Below are positions 40,298 to 50,353 of a DNA stretch of 64,000 bases, in pieces. Under the pieces are notes generated by a model, which was not told the DNA's origin, did no database searches, and worked only from the letters and a program-made list of their open reading frames with translations. The DNA lies in assembly GCA_005222975.1 (NCBI GenBank), contig NJBI01000006.1, positions 1 to 64,000 of the forward strand, given 5' to 3'. Position 1 is the stretch's first letter, and each line of letters begins with the position of its first letter. The translations under genes were made by a program, and so were the position numbers. The stretch is from Promethearchaeota archaeon Loki_b31. Its GTDB lineage: Archaea > Asgardarchaeota > Lokiarchaeia > Sigyniarchaeales > SOKP01.

Positions 40298-41215
40298 ATG
40301 ACAGAAGATCGAGAAAATCAGAAAGAAGAAAAAAGTAATGATGATAAACAAGAGTCAACACAAGACCAAAATGATTTAGAAACCTATTTATCAGATATGA
40401 AAAATCTCGAAACTGACTTTTCTGATTTGGAAGATCTAGACCTCGATGAATTAAAAGAAATGCAAGAAGCAATAGCAAAAGTTAAAGAACTTGAGTCCTT
40501 AGAAAATGAAGAAGCCATTGAAAAGGGAATATCAAAAGAACTTGAGTTAATTGGATCTGAGCTCCAAACAAATGAACGCGAAGATTACTTAGCACAAAAG
40601 GAAGCAATGATTAGCGATTTCTCTGATCTTGAAGAAATCGATTTTGATGAGCTTCAGGATATGCAAAAAGCTATAGAAGCAGTAAAACAAGAAGATAGCC
40701 AAGTAACTGGGGAAGATATACTCCAAACTCCCGTTAGTAGAGGTGTATCTTCAGAATTAGAAGAACGTATCAAACAAGAACTTATAGAGCGGAAAAAAGA
40801 AAAAGCAAAGGAAATAATAACTCCAGAAAAATTTTTAGAGCGTGCCAAGAATAAACGCGATAAAATTTGGTACCACTCTCTTTATTATTTAGTTTATCAA
40901 GCAGAAGATAATATCGCGAGTAAGGCGTTGCTTTATGATACGCTGAAAGAAATTACGAGCAAAAGCCCCATTGATCCCATACCGGAAAACCAATTCTATT
41001 TTGGACTAGGTTATATATTGAGACTGACTCTAAATGATAAGAAAGTTGTTAAATATATGAAAGGAGGTAAACTCAATATTAATATTGGAATAAAAGGCAT
41101 CAGAGAAATTTTAGAAAAAGTTGGAGAACCTATCAGTACAAGGCCTATTCTAAAAGAAGAAGAAAAGAAAAAAATGTACACAAATTTTCTAAAAGACGAA
41201 TTTCTTGATATATAG
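40298..41215 (+). CDS. Hypothetical protein: acidic repeated N-terminus plus globular (possibly winged-helix) C-terminus
   Basis: Duplicated DFSDLE..D.DEL..MQ.AI..VK motif. Confidence 0.75.
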   Translation: MTEDRENQKEEKSNDDKQESTQDQNDLETYLSDMKNLETDFSDLEDLDLDELKEMQEAIAKVKELESLENEEAIEKGISKELELIGSELQTNEREDYLAQKEAMISDFSDLEEIDFDELQDMQKAIEAVKQEDSQVTGEDILQTPVSRGVSSELEERIKQELIERKKEKAKEIITPEKFLERAKNKRDKIWYHSLYYLVYQAEDNIASKALLYDTLKEITSKSPIDPIPENQFYFGLGYILRLTLNDKKVVKYMKGGKLNINIGIKGIREILEKVGEPISTRPILKEEEKKKMYTNFLKDEFLDI

Positions 41216-41249
41216 AATTCTTCAATAAAATAAATAATGGTTAACAGTC

Positions 41250-41879
41250 ATGGAAGATAAACCCTCTCTTTTAATTATTGGGAATAGTAATGTAGGAAAG
41301 AGCTCAATTACCAAACTTTTGCTTCCAAATCCGAGAAAGTTTAAAGGAAAAACGGGTAAACAACCAGGAAGCACTTTACTAATTAAGCCTATAAAACTAC
41401 CTCAAATGCCGTACGACATTTTAGATTTACCTGGTTTTGGTTATATGAAAAGTTCTAGCCGACGCAGAGAGGAACACATAAAGAAGCAATTAGTTATTCA
41501 CATCGAAAAGCATCATAACGAATACTTTTTTGGTTTAGTAATAATAAACATTTTAAGAATTGAAGATGAGTTAAAAAAATATCACTTTCAAAGTCAAGTT
41601 ACAATTCCGTTAACATTTGAATTAATTAAATTTTTAAAAGAATTTGACATCCCTCTTTTGGTTATTTTGAATAAAATAGATAAAATCTCAGTTTTTGATA
41701 AGAAGAGAATAATCTCCTTATTAATTAATACCGCTAAGGATTATGGACTAAATCTAATTAATGTAAACGAGAGAATCGATAACGATCGCTCTAAAACTCC
41801 CTATTTAGAATTCTCTGCGTTAAAGAAAACAAATTTAGCCAAACTGAAACGCACTATAAATACACACCTAAAAAATTAA
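41250..41879 (+). CDS. engB: GTP-binding protein EngB/YihA
   Basis: GNSNVGKSS, GKQPGST, DLPGFG, NKIDK, FSA. Confidence 0.88.
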   Translation: MEDKPSLLIIGNSNVGKSSITKLLLPNPRKFKGKTGKQPGSTLLIKPIKLPQMPYDILDLPGFGYMKSSSRRREEHIKKQLVIHIEKHHNEYFFGLVIINILRIEDELKKYHFQSQVTIPLTFELIKFLKEFDIPLLVILNKIDKISVFDKKRIISLLINTAKDYGLNLINVNERIDNDRSKTPYLEFSALKKTNLAKLKRTINTHLKN

Positions 41880-41903
41880 GTTTTAAAACTCTTTTATGTG
41901 TTA

Positions 41904-43193
41904 TTATGGGGTTGTTATTTTTGGGTCTTTGTTTTTATCCCAATTTACGGCAAACAAAAAGTCCCTACTTGCCTTATTTGTGTATATTAAAGGAAAATTT
42001 CCAATCTCTTCGAACTTTAGAGCTAATTCTTCTAAATATTCATATTCTGGGAAGTAATATTGAAGTTTTTTATCGCTTTTTAGCCTTTCGTTGATCATGA
42101 GCGCTTTTGCTTGTAACGTAAATCCTTTTATTTCAAAAAAATTTGGATTAGCTTTATCAATTAATTTAATATAGTCCTTAATGTAATTTTCAGATAAATT
42201 TAAGTTTTTTACAGCTGTTATTCTTACTAAGCTTCTACAAGATAAATTTTCAACTAAATCTAAGGTGTCTGATATTTTACTCCACCCATTTTTAATCATA
42301 GAGCGGCAAACTTTTTTATACACCGTCTCGTTTGGTGCAGGTAAGGTTATATACAGTTGGGAAGGTAATGAATTTAAACTTTCAATCCTTTCTGGTAGTG
42401 TTCCGTTAGTTACAATAAATGAAGTCATATTACGATTCCGGAATTCTTCAACCAATCCGCCTATTTTGGGATATAATAGCGGTTCACCATCAAGGGATAT
42501 TGCTGCGTGATTTGGATTCATGGCTTCACCATGAACTTGCATTATCTCATCAGGAGTCGTTAATGCTAAATTGAATAACTTTACGATTTCATCTCGTGAA
42601 TCAATACAGCATGAAATCTCTTTCTCGACTCTATAATTTTTCAATGTATCATCTATAGCCGTAATAAATTTTTGATTTTTTAGTAAATTAACAGCGCGGT
42701 CAACCTTGTTTTTACTTACATGAAGGTTTCTGGAAAGTGAATTTATATTATGATTTTCATCATTCGATAACATAAAATTGAGCATGTCCACCATAATTTC
42801 GTAATTTTCAAGATATCTTCTTAATGGCAAATGATTTTTTATAATATCACGCTGGTGACGGATCATTTCATCAACTAGATCTTTTGGCTCGTCCGGCTCA
42901 ACAATAAATTCATCGCCCAAACTTCCTAATTCAATATCTCTCCAACAGAATACGCATTGATGGTTGCAGAAAGGCATAGAAGGAGTATTTTGTAAACATC
43001 TGTGGCTTTGAATTCCAAAAACTCCTTTATAACAATTTCGATTATCTCTACCTGTTAATAATTTTTGTTCTAACCAATGACAAGGTTTAATTGCAGTGTG
43101 CTTATTCCTACCTATTATGCGATATGTCGTTTTTGTGTATTTTTCAACAAAATCGTTTGTAATTTTATTATTAACAATGTATTGATTTTTCAT
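41904..43193 (-). CDS. taw1: 4-demethylwyosine synthase Taw1/TYW1 (radical SAM) with inserted domain
   Basis: H..IKPCHW, CYK..FGIQSHRCLQ, CNHQCVFCWR, AISLDGEP, VTNG. Confidence 0.92.
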   Translation of the reverse strand: MKNQYIVNNKITNDFVEKYTKTTYRIIGRNKHTAIKPCHWLEQKLLTGRDNRNCYKGVFGIQSHRCLQNTPSMPFCNHQCVFCWRDIELGSLGDEFIVEPDEPKDLVDEMIRHQRDIIKNHLPLRRYLENYEIMVDMLNFMLSNDENHNINSLSRNLHVSKNKVDRAVNLLKNQKFITAIDDTLKNYRVEKEISCCIDSRDEIVKLFNLALTTPDEIMQVHGEAMNPNHAAISLDGEPLLYPKIGGLVEEFRNRNMTSFIVTNGTLPERIESLNSLPSQLYITLPAPNETVYKKVCRSMIKNGWSKISDTLDLVENLSCRSLVRITAVKNLNLSENYIKDYIKLIDKANPNFFEIKGFTLQAKALMINERLKSDKKLQYYFPEYEYLEELALKFEEIGNFPLIYTNKASRDFLFAVNWDKNKDPKITTP

Positions 43194-43360
43194 ATCAGAG
43201 TGCCACTATTTTTTCTTCGTATTCTAGTAGTTTATAATTATAGGTAAATGTATTTACTTAAGATATTAAAAATTATTATTTAAAAATATAAGTAGCTTAG
43301 TAATTAGCAAGCGACTTATAAAATATAATTGAAAACGGATTAAAATTTTTTCGAACTAAA

Positions 43361-44239
43361 ATGTTAAATAAAATAAAAAGCCAAATGCTTAATTTGGGGT
43401 TGAAATTTATCAGCGTTGACGACAAGATAGTGAGAATGATATTAGAAACTAGCTCTTCAAACATTAATGAGATTGTTATAATGCCCGCAGTTAAGATAGT
43501 AATGAAAAAGTTAGTTAATAAGTTACAAAATAAGATCGTTCATGGTAAAGTTTACAATGGAATATTAAACGGAATTAGAGTAAGTTTAATTCGTTCTCAA
43601 GTAGGATGTCCAAACGCAGCACTTACAATAGAAAGTTTGAAACGTTCTAAAGCAAAAGTAATTGTTAGAGTGGATTTTTGTGGAGGTATTTATGGAGAGA
43701 ACACCGATATTGATATTGGCGATGTTGTGGTTCCAAAATTGGCTTACTGCGATGATGGAACGACCCCTCAATATATTAGAGCTAATCAGGCGTTATTAAA
43801 TCAACTAGAATCAATAAGTAATCCTTTATCAACTGTTCAAAATGTAATTGCAGGAAATCACACTATTTTTATTTCAAAACCAAATGAAATTTTAAAGGAT
43901 TTATTAATCAAAGAAGCTCGTGCTTTTAATCCTGAAAAAGCAAAAGAAGTACTTCTTTGGACGATAGATGCGTTATTTTGTGAAACATTTGATTTTATAC
44001 GAGCATTAAAAGCAATCAATATCAAAGCAATCGATATGGAATCTTCGGTTTTATTTTTGTTAGGTCAACTCTATAACTTAAAAACAGCTTCAATTCTTTC
44101 AGTATCTGATTTACCAGGCCATCCTCAGTTTGATCTACTTAATTCAAACGAAATCCATCCTGATATGGAGGTGGGGGTTGATAACGCAATTAAAATTTTA
44201 ATAAAAACCCTTCCAAAAATACAACACACTTTAGTTTAA
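43361..44239 (+). CDS. Nucleoside phosphorylase (PNP/UDP family)
   Basis: VG.PNAA...E.L, RVDFCGG, IDMES, LSVSD. Confidence 0.75.
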   Translation: MLNKIKSQMLNLGLKFISVDDKIVRMILETSSSNINEIVIMPAVKIVMKKLVNKLQNKIVHGKVYNGILNGIRVSLIRSQVGCPNAALTIESLKRSKAKVIVRVDFCGGIYGENTDIDIGDVVVPKLAYCDDGTTPQYIRANQALLNQLESISNPLSTVQNVIAGNHTIFISKPNEILKDLLIKEARAFNPEKAKEVLLWTIDALFCETFDFIRALKAINIKAIDMESSVLFLLGQLYNLKTASILSVSDLPGHPQFDLLNSNEIHPDMEVGVDNAIKILIKTLPKIQHTLV

Positions 44240-44245
44240 ACAAAG

Positions 44246-45148
44246 TCATAAACCTTGTAATAATTTAGAAAAGTTAGGTTCTTTGAAAAACTCGTTAAAC
44301 TTTTTGAGTAGTTCAATATTAACCAAATGTATTTTTTGATTTTGTTTATTCTTAATAGACTTTATTAAATCCAAATCTTTTAACTTTTTCATGTGATATT
44401 GAATTGTTCCAGAATAAACATCAAGATTTTCTCCTATTTTTGAAATGGCAATGCTCTCATCTTTAAAAATTGCCTCAATTAATTTTTGGATTAAGGGGTT
44501 TGAAAATATCACCTTATACTTATCGTAATCCTCGGGAACATCAACCAAGAAATAATGCAATGATTTTCCTATTTTTTTTGATCTAATAAGTTTAAATCGT
44601 TCTAAAGTCATTATATGTTTCAAAAATGGCGTTCTTGTAATGTTTAATTCTTTTTCGATTTTTTCGTTCCTTGCGTGAATACCCGGATTTTCTTTAATGA
44701 AGTTAAGAATTTTTGATAGTTTCTCGTTGTTTAGAATTTCTAACTTGGTTCTTCTTTCGTTGGTTACAATCCAACTCTTTTCTTCTAAACTTCTAATGGC
44801 CAAAAATATTTCTTCTTTGCTATAACCTTTCTTATACGCAAGTTTTGCTATGCTCTTTGCGTATAACTTTTCAATTATGGGAAATTTCTGAAATTCTGCT
44901 TCAGAAGCGACTTCGATATCAAAAGCAGCGTCGTATCTTTTTAATTTTAAAATTGTTTCAGCTATTTTTAAAACATCCTTCTCTACTTCAGTTAATTCCT
45001 CAATTAACTTTCCTTGTTCTGCTATTTTTGGTTTTTTTACTGTTTTAACCTCTTGTAAAGGAGCGAAATTTAAACGCCTAAATGAACTTGCTTCTAACTC
45101 TTTCATTTTTCTGTTTTCTCTAGTTTCTCTTCTTTTTTCAAGCGACAT
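44246..45148 (-). CDS. Multi-winged-helix transcriptional regulator
   Basis: ILNFIKENPGIH...H...LE...LIRSKKIGK...YF and a second HTH GTIQYHMKKL. Confidence 0.75.
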   Translation of the reverse strand: MSLEKRRETRENRKMKELEASSFRRLNFAPLQEVKTVKKPKIAEQGKLIEELTEVEKDVLKIAETILKLKRYDAAFDIEVASEAEFQKFPIIEKLYAKSIAKLAYKKGYSKEEIFLAIRSLEEKSWIVTNERRTKLEILNNEKLSKILNFIKENPGIHARNEKIEKELNITRTPFLKHIMTLERFKLIRSKKIGKSLHYFLVDVPEDYDKYKVIFSNPLIQKLIEAIFKDESIAISKIGENLDVYSGTIQYHMKKLKDLDLIKSIKNKQNQKIHLVNIELLKKFNEFFKEPNFSKLLQGL

Positions 45149-45174
45149 TTTTTAAGAAAGTCTTTTTTTTATTA

Positions 45175-46743
45175 TTAGGCGTTTTTCTCTAAATATACGA
45201 CAAATTCTATTTGTTCCTCGCTATCCAAATATTTCAGTTCTTCCACTATTTTATCGTAATACTGTGGTTTAACATTTTGAAGCTTGCGTATTCTCTCTAT
45301 CAATTTCTCTGGAATGGTCTCGTATAATTTTCTCAACGCTCCGATGTACTTCAGTTGTTCCTCCGCAGCTAAGAAAGCTAATTCTTTTAATATTTCTTTT
45401 CGTTGTTTTTTAGGTATATCAAGTTCTAATATCTGTTTTCTCAAATCTTTGGAGATGATGTTAAATATTTTTGAAAAGTACTCCTTTACTACCTTTCTAT
45501 CCTTCTCGTTCTTAACTGGTAAAAGCGACTCGTGAAGTCTTAATTTAATTTCTTTCTCTTTCTTTTTTATTTCTTTAAATTTGGGAGGTTTTTCTTCTTC
45601 TTTATATTCCTCCTCGATAACTTTAATTTCTTCCTCTTCTTCTAACGGAAGCTCTTTTTCAGTACTAATTGTCTGAAATTTCGGTTCTGGGGGTATTTTA
45701 TCTTGTTCTACCAATTTTAACTCTTCTTTTTTAACAATTGCTTCTATTTGCTCCACTTTCTGAACTGGAATGATTTCAATTTCTTTTCCTTTTAATCTAG
45801 GTTTTTCAATTAAATCGATTGGTTTTCCTACAAAAAGTAAAAATATTAAAATAGACTTTATCAAAATAAAGATCCCTATATTCAAAAAAGCTGTACCTAT
45901 TGCTCCTAAAATGAATGTTCGAAGCGCATCACGACCTGTAAACTCTCGCTTCTTGTGAATTTTAGCTCTTGACTTTGAATCTATTATCAAGACGCTAATA
46001 GGTATTACAAGAAATAAAAATATTGCAATGTAAGTATCCATGAAAAATATTCCTTCATGGAGTCTAAAAAAGTAAATATTAATAAGCCCAGAGAATGTTC
46101 CATAAAGCACAAGTAATACGATTACGAAACCTGCTTTTGCTGAAAAATTGTTTATTGAATTTTTTAGTTTAAGACCAAAATTATACGCTTTATGATTGTT
46201 GCTTTCATGGTTTATAATTGAGTATATAAAAATCAATATCCCTTTAATCAAAAGTATTGCACCAGTGCCGTAAATAAAACAACCTAAGATTCCATAACAA
46301 ATCGCATCTAGGGCAATGTCGTCGTAACTATCAGATTTAATTTTTGGGGAAATATACTTTGAGTCATATAGGATAATTAATACGCCACTACCTACAATTA
46401 AATAAGAACTAATTAAATGATTAATTCCACTAGGTATAAATATTAAATTTAAAATTATAACTAAGATTAATAAGATAGCGATTGGAATACAATCAAATTT
46501 ATTTAATTTTTTTATTGCTTTATCAAGTTTAGATTTTTTCTTGTCCCTAATTGAAGACTTGGAACGTAAAAGAATCGATTTTTCTGATTTTTTTACAGAA
46601 GCTTGTTTAAATATTATTCCCGCCAAAGAGAAAGGCGTTCCACACATTTCACAGTAAACCTGTACTTTATTTTCTATAAGTTCAGATAACTCCTTTGGAA
46701 AACCATAATTACAAGAACGGCAAACATATAGCGTTTTATCCAT
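45175..46743 (-). CDS. Zn-ribbon plus duplicated multi-TM plus acidic linker plus helical C-terminal domain, unknown function
   Basis: CRSC...CEMCG; two related TM blocks; E/K-rich linker. Confidence 0.75.
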   Translation of the reverse strand: MDKTLYVCRSCNYGFPKELSELIENKVQVYCEMCGTPFSLAGIIFKQASVKKSEKSILLRSKSSIRDKKKSKLDKAIKKLNKFDCIPIAILLILVIILNLIFIPSGINHLISSYLIVGSGVLIILYDSKYISPKIKSDSYDDIALDAICYGILGCFIYGTGAILLIKGILIFIYSIINHESNNHKAYNFGLKLKNSINNFSAKAGFVIVLLVLYGTFSGLINIYFFRLHEGIFFMDTYIAIFLFLVIPISVLIIDSKSRAKIHKKREFTGRDALRTFILGAIGTAFLNIGIFILIKSILIFLLFVGKPIDLIEKPRLKGKEIEIIPVQKVEQIEAIVKKEELKLVEQDKIPPEPKFQTISTEKELPLEEEEEIKVIEEEYKEEEKPPKFKEIKKKEKEIKLRLHESLLPVKNEKDRKVVKEYFSKIFNIISKDLRKQILELDIPKKQRKEILKELAFLAAEEQLKYIGALRKLYETIPEKLIERIRKLQNVKPQYYDKIVEELKYLDSEEQIEFVVYLEKNA

Positions 46744-47062
46744 TTAACTTCACACTTATATATTTAATAATTTTATTTAATTTTTTTAATTTTTGAAAAA
46801 TAATTAATTTATTTTTCCAATCTTTAGTAAATAAACATTTCCCAATGTCGAAAAAGTGGTATATTTAACGCAGAACTTCCGATTAACATAACAGACTAAC
46901 GCTCTGTGTAGCCACATTGTTAATACCTAATTATAATTGAAAAATAAATAGTTAATTTATAGAAGTAAGAATGTGAATATAAAAAAATTGGAGTCCAGTT
47001 TTTAAAAAATTCTTTCAAAATATAGAAACTTTCAGTTCTTCTAAATAACTTTGTAAAATTAA

Positions 47063-47563
47063 TTATGAAATTAAATATATCCAATCTAATTCTTTTACTG
47101 TTTTATGAAGTTTATGATCGTCTTTCGTTGAATTATATTCTATATTAGTAAATAATTTATAAGCTTGTTCGCGAGATGTTTTAAGTCGTACTACATCGTC
47201 ATTTTTACCGTGATAAGCTATAACAGGCACATCCACCGGATTGTATTTTTCTAAATCTAACACTGATGGCTCTAGATATGGTGCTAATAATATCAATCTT
47301 TTAACCTTTTTAGGGTTTTGAAGCGTATATAATGCACCCATTAGACCTCCAAAACTTGAACCTATTAATACCCATAAGTCCTTTTCTCTTAAAATTGATT
47401 TTAACTGAGCCATTCTCTTTTCAAGAAGGTCGTTAATTGATTTTTTTTGGTCAAACTCAATAAAATCAGGAGTAAGAATTTCTGGAATTAATTTTTTTAA
47501 ATACACTCCTTTAAAACCCTTGCCCGAACTTTCAAGACCGTGTATGAAAATAATATTTTTCAT
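47063..47563 (-). CDS. Alpha/beta hydrolase (YqiA/YcfP-like esterase)
   Basis: IHGLES, GSSFGG nucleophile elbow, HG..DDVV, DDH. Confidence 0.88.
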   Translation of the reverse strand: MKNIIFIHGLESSGKGFKGVYLKKLIPEILTPDFIEFDQKKSINDLLEKRMAQLKSILREKDLWVLIGSSFGGLMGALYTLQNPKKVKRLILLAPYLEPSVLDLEKYNPVDVPVIAYHGKNDDVVRLKTSREQAYKLFTNIEYNSTKDDHKLHKTVKELDWIYLIS

Positions 47564-47590
47564 TTTATTAATTTAGTAGAAATAATTTTC

Positions 47591-48664
47591 TCATTTATCC
47601 TGATCATTATCGAGGTCTTCAGGTGATAATGGGTTTAATTCTTTTTTTAATTCTCTAAATATCTTTCTCTGACCGAAAAAAATTAAAAGGAAAAGGATAC
47701 CAAAATAAATCGTGATTATAATTAGTGTTAAGAAATAATAGGCTTTTGTATACGAGATGAAATGTAGCGCAACTCCGATAATAAAACCCGTAAGCAACCG
47801 AGATTCCGTAGTGCTTTTCCTAAATAAGAGCTTCTGAGTCCCCCAATCTATCATTCCAGGTATTGGAAAGACGATTATTATAAACAAAGCTATTTCTGCG
47901 CTAAATTGAGTGTTAATTATCAATTCAGTTAAGTGCGTAAAAAAAATTGACATAACTATTCCTATTATCATTCCTGAGCATCTTGAACAAAAATATATTT
48001 TTGTCCTTCCAAATTGAAAATAAAATGTATGGTCGCTTGCTTCAACTGGGTGATGTGTTAAGAGTAAATAATATAGATGCCTTTCCTTTGAAGCTAAAAT
48101 TTTGTCGTAGATAACTAAAAGAATAGGTATTAAAAAAATGGTTGAAATAAGCGTTTGCAAGAAAAATTTAAACCCAAAGTTGATAAAAATAGTTTCCAAT
48201 TCTAAAGGATTTGAATATAATGAAAGTTGGAATACGATGATTAAAAACATCACAAGAAAAGAATTAATTACCAATAACAAAAAAGTGTAATAAACAGCCA
48301 TACCTTTATGATATTTCAACGGCTTATATTTATATAAACCAGCTATCAAACCATAAATAGCCACAATAAGACACCAATCTAAGTAAATATTGTTATAAAA
48401 CGCGAATTGGTATAGGAGTTCACCTAAAAATCCTGCTATGAACGCCTGAATTGGACCGGCTATTATCGAAAAAAATGTAAAAATTAATAGCAACAACCCA
48501 AAAATTATTGAAAACTCATTAATTCCAATATATGGTATGGAAATTGAACCAAAAATTTCCGAGATATATATATAACTCATAATAATAAAAACTGTTATGA
48601 GAATGTTCATAAATATCGATCTTAAGCAAAATTTTGGCGTCTTGTTAGCGGGGTCAACGCTCAT
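47591..48664 (-). CDS. ECF S-component-like membrane domain fused to DUF2085-like domain
   Basis: GP..AFIAGFLG in the N-terminal TM region; HH...HT...FCSRC.G...P...DW..Q...R..TG in the C-terminal region. Confidence 0.65.
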   Translation of the reverse strand: MSVDPANKTPKFCLRSIFMNILITVFIIMSYIYISEIFGSISIPYIGINEFSIIFGLLLLIFTFFSIIAGPIQAFIAGFLGELLYQFAFYNNIYLDWCLIVAIYGLIAGLYKYKPLKYHKGMAVYYTFLLLVINSFLVMFLIIVFQLSLYSNPLELETIFINFGFKFFLQTLISTIFLIPILLVIYDKILASKERHLYYLLLTHHPVEASDHTFYFQFGRTKIYFCSRCSGMIIGIVMSIFFTHLTELIINTQFSAEIALFIIIVFPIPGMIDWGTQKLLFRKSTTESRLLTGFIIGVALHFISYTKAYYFLTLIIITIYFGILFLLIFFGQRKIFRELKKELNPLSPEDLDNDQDK

Positions 48665-48701
48665 GCTAATCGCTCTTTAATACTAATAAACGTAAAATAA
48701 A

Positions 48702-49376
48702 TTATATAAGCAATTTTTTATTAAAAATAAGATCTAGTTCCTCAATTAATGTTTTTTTTGTAAGTTCGAAGCCCTTGCGAAGTACATTTACAATAATATT
48801 CCTTCCTGCAGGAACATCTATAATATTATCGTCTTGTTCTACGACTGCAATGCTCTCGTCATTATAATCTAGTTGACGCATTAGAGCTTGAAGCGCATTT
48901 TCTTTAGTTTTAAAAGTAGCTATCGATAATTCGTTGTAATCTTTTACTTCTTCTTTAACCTGTAAAAATAATATACACTCCTCTAATTGCGAAATAAATA
49001 ATTTTTTTGTAATGTCTTTTAATTTTTTATAGTGTTTATGATTTTTTTTACACTGCCTATCTGTCTGGTCATTTTTTAAGTAGCTTGGAAAATTTCTATT
49101 AATAACATCGTCAAATTTTTCTTTGGAAATGTCTCCATTTTCTACAAGCAATTTAGCAGAATCTAGCGCGATTTTTATCTGTTTCAATGTCCCTACGCGG
49201 GCTTCATTATCGCTCCAATGTTGATAAAAAGATTTTACAATAGGTTTTATTACAAAATTCAAAAATCCCACGTTTAATTCTGAATCAATTAAATCTCTTC
49301 CATAATTAAGAGATAAGTCAGTTTGTGCTATCATTTTTTGTTCTACAATATTATAATTCCTTTGGATATAATTCAT
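48702..49376 (-). CDS. Conserved hypothetical helical protein (paralog of next gene)
   Basis: Shares NY..V...MI, GR.LIDSEL..G.LNF...PIVK.FY..W and C.K.HK.Y with 49493..50149. Confidence 0.8.
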   Translation of the reverse strand: MNYIQRNYNIVEQKMIAQTDLSLNYGRDLIDSELNVGFLNFVIKPIVKSFYQHWSDNEARVGTLKQIKIALDSAKLLVENGDISKEKFDDVINRNFPSYLKNDQTDRQCKKNHKHYKKLKDITKKLFISQLEECILFLQVKEEVKDYNELSIATFKTKENALQALMRQLDYNDESIAVVEQDDNIIDVPAGRNIIVNVLRKGFELTKKTLIEELDLIFNKKLLI

Positions 49377-49492
49377 GATTAAATCTCCAACGATGTCAAT
49401 AGTTTATAATTTTCTTATTATCCTAATTAAATTTTTAATATTTTTTGAATATAAAATTTAAAATATGTCATAAATTAATACTTTAATTATCA

Positions 49493-50149
49493 TTAGATGT
49501 AAGTATCGTCTATAGCTTCAATAAATTCATTCTTTGTTGCTTCAAACCCTTTTCTTAGCGCTTTAATAATGATTTTCTTACCAGTTGGTAACGAAAGAAT
49601 AGATGGATCGTCTTCAATAATTTTAATTCCATTTTCGACCTTTTCTAATTGCTTCATTAAATTTCTACTTGCCAGTTCTTTTGTTTTAAATGCAGCTCTA
49701 CAAAGGGCTCCATAATCTTTTACATCCTCTTTAACTTCCAAAAAAGTTTTAACTTCTTTTAGATAATTGATGAAGGTGTCTTTTGAATTATTTTTTAACT
49801 TCTCATAGTTTTTATGATGTTTGCTACATTGATAAGTAACTTGATCATATTTTAAAAAATTAGGAAAATTTTCTTCAATAATGTTATTAAAACTTTCTTC
49901 AGAATTACCGTTCAATAATAATTTCTTTCCAGCTTCTAGTGTGATATTTATTTGTTTTAATGTACCCTTTCTCGCGTCGTGTTTTGCCCAATAATCGTAA
50001 AACGCTTTGACGATCGGTCGTACTATAAAATTCAAAATTCCCGTATCTAATTCACTATCAATAAGCTTTCTTCCTAAAGCGAGCGAATTTTCCATTTGAT
50101 AAATCATTCGCTCTTTCACAATGCCATAATTCCGTTCTAAATAATCCAA
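49493..50149 (-). CDS. Conserved hypothetical helical protein (tandem paralog)
   Basis: Aligns end to end with 48702..49376; TTG start. Confidence 0.8.
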   Translation of the reverse strand: MDYLERNYGIVKERMIYQMENSLALGRKLIDSELDTGILNFIVRPIVKAFYDYWAKHDARKGTLKQINITLEAGKKLLLNGNSEESFNNIIEENFPNFLKYDQVTYQCSKHHKNYEKLKNNSKDTFINYLKEVKTFLEVKEDVKDYGALCRAAFKTKELASRNLMKQLEKVENGIKIIEDDPSILSLPTGKKIIIKALRKGFEATKNEFIEAIDDTYI

Positions 50150-50353
50150 GAGATATCCCCATGTAAAAAAAAAATCATATAATTGTTCAATTGAAACTAT
50201 ATTAAAGTAAAGAAAAAGTTCAAAATTTTTTAACTTTTTTATATTTTTAATAGTCTTAAAAGTTTGACTCTAAAAAAGTAAGAATATAATAAGTAAAAAC
50301 GTTTATAATTATATTAGTTTTTAATTATAAAATAACATCTTTAGATTAATCCC

